Source: Candidatus Multivoradales bacterium (lineage in GTDB: Bacteria; Acidobacteriota; Thermoanaerobaculia; Multivoradales; JAHEKO01). From it: a stretch of 64,000 bases of DNA. Under the pieces are notes generated by a model. That model saw only the letters and a list, made by a program, of their open reading frames with translations. It had not been told where the DNA came from and ran no database searches. Below, in pieces: positions 58,913 to 64,000 of the stretch (position 1 is the first letter of the stretch; each line of letters begins with the position of its first letter). The position numbers and the translations under genes are program-made. Location: the NCBI GenBank assembly GCA_965248055.1, contig CBDFIJ010000004.1:352001-416000 (forward strand), written 5' to 3'.

Positions 58913-59116
58913 ACAAAAAAGACCCTAAAATAATCAGAAGTCGAGGGGCTTCCGAGTGAAATCCCGCCTAATCTTATCTAAGCGCTACCCCGGGCAACAA
59001 CCCCGCCACACTCAAATCTTCATCTGCCGCAGGCCAGTGAATCCCCTCCCCACCAATTCTGCAGCTCGGGTAGCACCTATTTCTCCCGGGACCATGGGCC
59101 TGCCCAGAACCAATTC

Positions 59117-59788
59117 CTACCCCCCCAAACCGAATCCCATCCACATCACACTAGCAACCAAGCCTAGTACCGCTACGCTAATAGGTACAGCTGCCCAAAT
59201 TTCTGAGCGTCTTGCCTTCTCTGCGAGGTTCTGTACTTCAGGCAAATCGGCCGCGTCAGCCAAAACGCGCCAACTCTCCGTACGACCCGGTGTATCAATT
59301 CGCGACGTCGCACGACGCCAAAGATCCGGGCAATCGGCCTCCAGGCTCCTTAGAAGTCGCCACTTCGCCTCCATCTTGCTACGAGTTGCGAACCAGTGAC
59401 AAATCAACAGACCCGACCAGCTGATCAGAATCGCTAGGCTACCGCCTACGGTCCAACGATTGGCTTCGGCTATCTTGAGAATCCAAATCCAAGGCACAAA
59501 AAATATGAAGGCATTCTGGGAAAGAGCTGCCCAAAGCTCATACCGCTCTGCGGAAGTGCGCACAAGGCCCTCTTTGTCAACCAACGCCCAGGCCATCTCG
59601 GAGGCCTTTGGAATATTCCACCAAGGGTTCTTGTGCGGCCTGTCCGGGTAGATCGGCGACCTATCCCTATGGCGCTCTAGAGTCTCGACGAGGCGCTTGC
59701 GCATTGTGAACTGGTGACCAATCCCTGCAAACATCGCGACTATTCCCGCGATTGCCGCAACAGCAAGAACCATAACTCCTGAGCTCAC
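59117..59788 (-). CDS. Hypothetical membrane protein
   Basis: About 4 hydrophobic segments and no recognised motif. Confidence 0.55.
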   Translation of the reverse strand: MSSGVMVLAVAAIAGIVAMFAGIGHQFTMRKRLVETLERHRDRSPIYPDRPHKNPWWNIPKASEMAWALVDKEGLVRTSAERYELWAALSQNAFIFFVPWIWILKIAEANRWTVGGSLAILISWSGLLICHWFATRSKMEAKWRLLRSLEADCPDLWRRATSRIDTPGRTESWRVLADAADLPEVQNLAEKARRSEIWAAVPISVAVLGLVASVMWMGFGLGG

Positions 59789-59930
59789 CGCTCAATATTA
59801 CGCCATTATGCTAGCTAGTCGGCGCGTTGTAATATTCCGTAATATTCAGGTTCTATTTCGGACACTTCATTTACTCGGCTGAGACTCCTCCGGAACCTGT
59901 CAACAACTTTGAGACAGTTGGCAGAATTAA

Positions 59931-60944
59931 TTAGTGTATCGGGACGACCTCCTTGGCGTGTTGACGTTCGGGTGGATTGATCCATACGGCTCTGGGTAGC
60001 AGCTGAATGGTCGGTCTTCCTCGGACAAAGCGCTGCGAGTTGTTTCGCCAGGCTTCATCGAGGGCCAGTTGACGGATCTTGAGCTTGTGGTCGGCCTTGC
60101 CGTAGTGGACATCTTCGGGTGTCAGCATGGCGATGCCGGCGTGCCGGTGCTGGGTGTTGTACCAGATAAAGAACGACCTGCAGAAGGCGATAGCGTCCTC
60201 GATCGAGCCGAACCGATCGGGAAAGCTCGGGTGATACTTGAGGGTCTTGAATTGTGCTTCGGAGAAGGGATTATCGTTGGAGATGCGAGGCCGCGAGAAC
60301 GACTGAGAGATACCAAGCCGTACGAGGAGTCGTCCGGTGTCCTTGGCGGTCATCGGCGAGCCCCGATCACTGTGTAGGGTTAGCTGATTCTTGGGAATGC
60401 CTTGCTTGGTTGAGGTCTCCTCGAGAAGCCTTTGGGCTAAGGCCTCGCGTTCGTGCTCGGCGAGCATCCAGCCGACCACATAGCGGCTGAAGATATCGAG
60501 GACAACGTAGAGATAGAACCACCATCCCGGCTGAGGCCCTCTCAGCCGGGTGATATCCCAACTCCAGACTTGGTTTGCCGCTGTGGCGAGTAGCTCTGGC
60601 TTGGTATAGACCGGATGGCGGCGTTGGCGCCGTCTCTCCTGCAGCGTCTTCTCAGCTGCCAGGAGTCGGTACATGGTGCGCTCCGAGCACAGATAGCGTT
60701 CTTCGTCGAGAAGGGTGGCCACCACGGCCGCCGGTGCAGCGTCGACAAAGCGCGGCCCGTTGAGTAGGTCAAGGACCTGTTGTTTTTCGCTGACTGTCAG
60801 TGCCCGAGCTGGAGTCGGTCGAGGCTGCTGAGGCTCGGTTGATCTCGGCCGAAGCCGACGATAGAACGTTGCACGACTGACGCTCAGGCTCCGGCAGGCC
60901 GGTGCGATACCGACCCACGGAGCCAGCGTCCTGGCCGCTTTCAC
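59931..60944 (-). CDS. IS3-family transposase OrfB (integrase core)
   Basis: ELLATAANQVWSWDIT, LDIFSRY, HSDRGSPM, NDNPFSEAQFKTLKY and WYN..HRH motifs. Confidence 0.93.
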   Translation of the reverse strand: MKAARTLAPWVGIAPACRSLSVSRATFYRRLRPRSTEPQQPRPTPARALTVSEKQQVLDLLNGPRFVDAAPAAVVATLLDEERYLCSERTMYRLLAAEKTLQERRRQRRHPVYTKPELLATAANQVWSWDITRLRGPQPGWWFYLYVVLDIFSRYVVGWMLAEHEREALAQRLLEETSTKQGIPKNQLTLHSDRGSPMTAKDTGRLLVRLGISQSFSRPRISNDNPFSEAQFKTLKYHPSFPDRFGSIEDAIAFCRSFFIWYNTQHRHAGIAMLTPEDVHYGKADHKLKIRQLALDEAWRNNSQRFVRGRPTIQLLPRAVWINPPERQHAKEVVPIH

Positions 60945-61333
60945 GAGTTCTTCTCGCCCTCTGAGGGGATACCCAGCAGCCCGGCTACTTTTCTTTGCAC
61001 ATCGATGATCAGCTGTGCCCTGTGCAATTCGTTCTCAAGCCGAGTCTTCTCCCGCTCTAGTCGAGCAACCTTGCTTTCCAACGGGTGCCTTTTGGGTTTG
61101 CGTCCGCGCCTCTTGCCGAGCGCGGCAAGCGATCCCCGTCGCCGAGCTAGGCGCCAGTTAGATAGATGAGATGAGTAGAGACCCTCCCGGCGCAACAGGG
61201 ACCCGACCTCCTCTCGGCTGGAGCAAGCGTCGGACTGCTCCAAGATCGCCAGCTTGTACTTTGCCGTAAACCGCCGTCTGGCGGGTCGAGCCTCGATCTC
61301 AGGGTCGGGTACCGATTCGGGGGTCGAGGGCAA
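60941..61333 (-). CDS. IS3-family transposase OrfA (HTH)
   Basis: RRRFTAKYKL, LLRREGLYSSHL..W and a leucine zipper. Overlaps OrfB by GTGA. Confidence 0.88.
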   Translation of the reverse strand: MPSTPESVPDPEIEARPARRRFTAKYKLAILEQSDACSSREEVGSLLRREGLYSSHLSNWRLARRRGSLAALGKRRGRKPKRHPLESKVARLEREKTRLENELHRAQLIIDVQRKVAGLLGIPSEGEKNS

Positions 61334-61372
61334 CTGCGCCGTCTCCCCTCCGGCTCCAACCCCGCACCTTCC

Positions 61373-61524
61373 CAGATAAAGATCGCTAAATGGAACTTTA
61401 GGATCATCCGTTCGATCGGCGACGTATTCTTCTCAAGTGCATCACGAAGAATACTAATAGCTCGCAGCTAATCGCTACGTCGATAGGCTATCAACGCATC
61501 ATTGAACTCTTTGTGCGGATGCAT
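61373..61524 (-). pseudogene. TPR-like gene remnant with internal TAG, truncated at the IS
   Basis: Manual translation: MHPHKEFNDALIAYRRSD*LRAISILRDALEKNTSPIERMILKFHLAIFIW, a helix-pair pattern that then runs into IS sequence. Confidence 0.4.
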
Positions 61525-61604
61525 CTAGTCGCCCGGCGGTCGCCTGTGCCTGATGTCTCGCAAAACCCTTCTCCGCGACTCACGATCGGAAGCCAAGAGA
61601 CTGT

Positions 61605-61751
61605 TTACCCTCTTCCACTTCCGCCGCATGTTCGGCACTTTCTACTTCCTTTGCAGTAGTTACAGAGCTTTCCATCGCCCGTTCCTCGCTTACCCGTGCC
61701 ATAACATTCACCACATTCACCGGTTCCACCGCATGCTTTGCAGTCGCTCAC
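61605..61751 (-). CDS. Small stand-alone DnaJ-type zinc-finger protein
   Basis: Four CxxCxG(x)G-like motifs. AGGAGG lies 6 nt before GTG 61751 (an alternative ATG is at 61841). Confidence 0.7.
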   Translation of the reverse strand: MSDCKACGGTGECGECYGTGKRGTGDGKLCNYCKGSRKCRTCGGSGRG

Positions 61752-62054
61752 AAATGACCTCCTGGTTGTTCCCTCGGTCTGGCCCACAACTACAATCGAG
61801 CCCAACCTACAACTTTCTTCGATTATCGACTCAGGGATCATAGCACCCCCTATCTCAACTTTTTCAGAATTAGCAGAATCGTTCGTTCAATAGCGTTGGG
61901 CAATGCACCGTTAGTGGGACCTTCTCTTCGGGGAACACAAACCAGGAGATCTAACTGCTTTGAAGGCCCACCAAATCAGTAGAGACATCTCCGGCTCTTC
62001 GACGTGGAGGTACATCCGCCCGAATCATGCACACTACGGACAAGTTCCTATGCA

Positions 62055-63113
62055 CTAAACGTTGAACCGAAAATTGATCACATCGCCATCGGCGACTAGG
62101 TATTCCTTGCCCTCAAGGCGCAGGGTGGCGTTGTCGCGGCAGGCGGCCAGGGAGCCGGCCTCGATCAGGGCGTCGCAAGCGACGACTTCGGCGCGGATGA
62201 AGCCCCGTTCGATGTCCGAGTGGATAGCCCCGGCGGCTTGTTGGGCGACGGTGCCGCGGCGAATGGTCCAAGCGCGCACTTCGTCTTCGCCTACGGTGAA
62301 GAACGAGATTCTGCCGAGCAACGAATAGCTTGCTGCCAAGATCCGCTCCAGACTGGTCTGCTCTAGCCCCAAGTCGCCGAGGAAAACTTCTTGATCTTCG
62401 GCATCCAACTGGGCGATTTCCGCCTCGATCGGTGCTGAGACCGCAATCGATTCGACCCCTGGTGACAGCGGTAAGTCGAGTTGCTGGCGCAGCGACTCCT
62501 CATCGCCGTTGACCACCACCAGCATCGGCTGCGCGGAGAGCAATTGAAAGCCGCGCAGGCGGCGATCTTCGTCGGTACTGAGTTCCAATGCTCGCAAGGG
62601 TTGTTCAGCCTCCAGCTGGGGTAAAACCTTGTCCACCAACAAACTCAGTTCGGCTTCTTCATCCTGACTCAAGCCCCGTTTCTTGGATTTCTCCAACCGC
62701 TCGCGACGGCGATCGACCAGGGCGTGGTCGGCCAGGATCAGTTCTAGATCCAGATCGACGATGTCGCGCTCGGCGTCCACTGAGCCCGAAGGGTGTGGAA
62801 TTTCGTCATCTTCAAAGGCACGCACTACGTGCACCAACGCGTCCACGGTCTTGAGCGCCACCAGCTCGGCGTCTTCAGCCCCCTTGCCCAATTCCAGGCC
62901 CGGGATGTCGACATATTCGATGGTTGCGGGAATGTACTTTCGCGGCTTGTAGAGATCACGCAGTGTCGCCAAGCGCCGGTCGGGAACCTTGGCAACGCCA
63001 ACGTGCGTTTCACGGGAAACGCCAAATTTGTCGGTGTCAACGTCGGCTCCGGTGAGCAGATTGAATAGGGTCGTTTTGCCGGATTTTGGAAATCCGAGAA
63101 TGCCGAGTTTCAT
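62055..63113 (-). CDS. ychF: Redox-regulated ATPase YchF
   Basis: GFPKSGKTT, VDIPG, VVRAF, FFTVGEDEVRAW, AGAIHSDIERGFIRAEV and EGKEY.V.DGD motifs. Confidence 0.95.
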   Translation of the reverse strand: MKLGILGFPKSGKTTLFNLLTGADVDTDKFGVSRETHVGVAKVPDRRLATLRDLYKPRKYIPATIEYVDIPGLELGKGAEDAELVALKTVDALVHVVRAFEDDEIPHPSGSVDAERDIVDLDLELILADHALVDRRRERLEKSKKRGLSQDEEAELSLLVDKVLPQLEAEQPLRALELSTDEDRRLRGFQLLSAQPMLVVVNGDEESLRQQLDLPLSPGVESIAVSAPIEAEIAQLDAEDQEVFLGDLGLEQTSLERILAASYSLLGRISFFTVGEDEVRAWTIRRGTVAQQAAGAIHSDIERGFIRAEVVACDALIEAGSLAACRDNATLRLEGKEYLVADGDVINFRFNV

Positions 63114-63125
63114 AGCTAGGGTTTC

Positions 63126-64000
63126 CTATTGTGCCGCCGCACAGAGTTCAAAGTCCGCTCGGTCGCCCAGGCTGAGCGATTGGCTCACTTCGCCGATTCC
63201 TTCCCGGGTCATGGCGTTACCATCGCCATCCCAACGCACGGAGACCGTGGCTTGATCTGGCAAGGCACCTCCCATCATCGAGTCGGCGGCGGTGACCGTT
63301 AGTTGCTGTGGCAGTCTTGGAAGATCGACGCGCTTGGCAGCAATCGGCGGGCCGGGCCCAGTGCGCACAATAACGAAAAGAAAGTCCGCTCGATTGTTGC
63401 CAGCACAGGTCAAGTTCAAGTTGTATCCGGTTGCCACTTCGGCTGACGTTGCGGGTTTTGACTCTGCGGGTGCAGCCTCCACAGATGGAGCTCCAGTAGC
63501 ACCTACCGACTCAGCGGGGCGATCCAGTTCGGCGATCAATCGCTCGATCTCGGGGTGGCTCCCCCCAGCGACCAGTAGCGCCATCTCCCAAGCACCCCGT
63601 GCTTCTTGCAGCCGTCCGGCCCCCTTCAAGGTTACCCCTTTTGCGACCAACGCCAACAGATGGTTGGGGAATCCCGACAGCACCCGATCAAAATGTTCGA
63701 CCGCTGCTTCGGTTTGCCCCATCGCCATGCGCACCACGCCCTGGGCATAGTGACCGTCCGGATCGTCTGGTGCCCGATTGAGAATCTCTTGGGACCAACG
63801 GAATGACTCCATGAACCGTTCCAGACCCAAGTTGGCCAAGGTCAATTCTTTGAGGGCACCCAAATCTTGCTGCTGCGTCCAGCGCGCTTCCAGCTCTTGC
63901 AACTGTTGCTCGACCTCTTGAGGGACTTCGCCAGCTGGGTGATCAAAGCCGGGTGCAGTGCCTCCTTCGCCCCGGCCTCCCTGCGACCGGCCTCCCTGTG
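63126..64000 (-). CDS. TPR protein with C-terminal Ig-like domain, CcmI/CycH-like (5' partial)
   Basis: TPR helices, then LFVIVR..GPPIAAKR..P....T.ADSMM..VSVRWDGDGNA. The gene appears to extend beyond the window. Confidence 0.7.
   Translation of the reverse strand, partial: QGGRSQGGRGEGGTAPGFDHPAGEVPQEVEQQLQELEARWTQQQDLGALKELTLANLGLERFMESFRWSQEILNRAPDDPDGHYAQGVVRMAMGQTEAAVEHFDRVLSGFPNHLLALVAKGVTLKGAGRLQEARGAWEMALLVAGGSHPEIERLIAELDRPAESVGATGAPSVEAAPAESKPATSAEVATGYNLNLTCAGNNRADFLFVIVRTGPGPPIAAKRVDLPRLPQQLTVTAADSMMGGALPDQATVSVRWDGDGNAMTREGIGEVSQSLSLGDRADFELCAAAQ

Larger units (their letters stand above)
59898..61372 (-). mobile_element. IS3-family element, left end apparently missing
   Basis: Right end TGTCAACAACTTTGAGACA at 59898-59916. 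No matching inverted end was found upstream of orfA. Confidence 0.7.

Noticed and set aside
1462-61470. TAG recoding, suggested by in-frame TAGs at 1462 and in the TPR remnant
   Set aside because: Many conserved genes (ychF, rhlE, IS630 transposase) end properly at TAG.

Overview
Bacterial chromosomal window from a moderately GC-rich diderm (it encodes OmpH/Skp, many lipoproteins and an ADOP-like permease). The gene set is compatible with Acidobacteriota, but that is inference only. The left ~6.5 kb looks like the edge of a plasmid-derived island: ParA plus an unannotated ribbon-helix-helix partner, an IS3 remnant, an addiction-module-like gene and a divergent ABC exporter trio. The middle holds housekeeping and metabolic genes (arcA, purB, rlpA, tag, rhlE, HMG-CoA synthase, skp), an intact IS630 and dense GTAG- and CGTC-type REP clusters. 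It also holds an actinobacterial-like UbiA-DprE1-DprE2 polyprenyl-phospho-pentose operon next to a GT-C-like membrane protein, a DUF3604 hydrolase and a divergent sulfatase-fold protein. The right third is a patchwork of small accessory genes, a MacAB-like exporter, a MITE and a 5'-truncated IS3-family element, ending at ychF. Leads most worth following up: (i) the pentofuranose glycosylation locus; (ii) a lipoprotein with mirror-symmetric cysteine spacing; (iii) strand-polarised GCACCTATT and CCGCCTAA motifs at accessory-gene junctions; (iv) a DUF2975-SpoIIE fusion; (v) REP units with G-rich/C-rich loops, and one REP apparently translated within rlpA. No rRNA, tRNA or CRISPR array was recognised. 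All family calls come from motif recognition by eye, not database searches.
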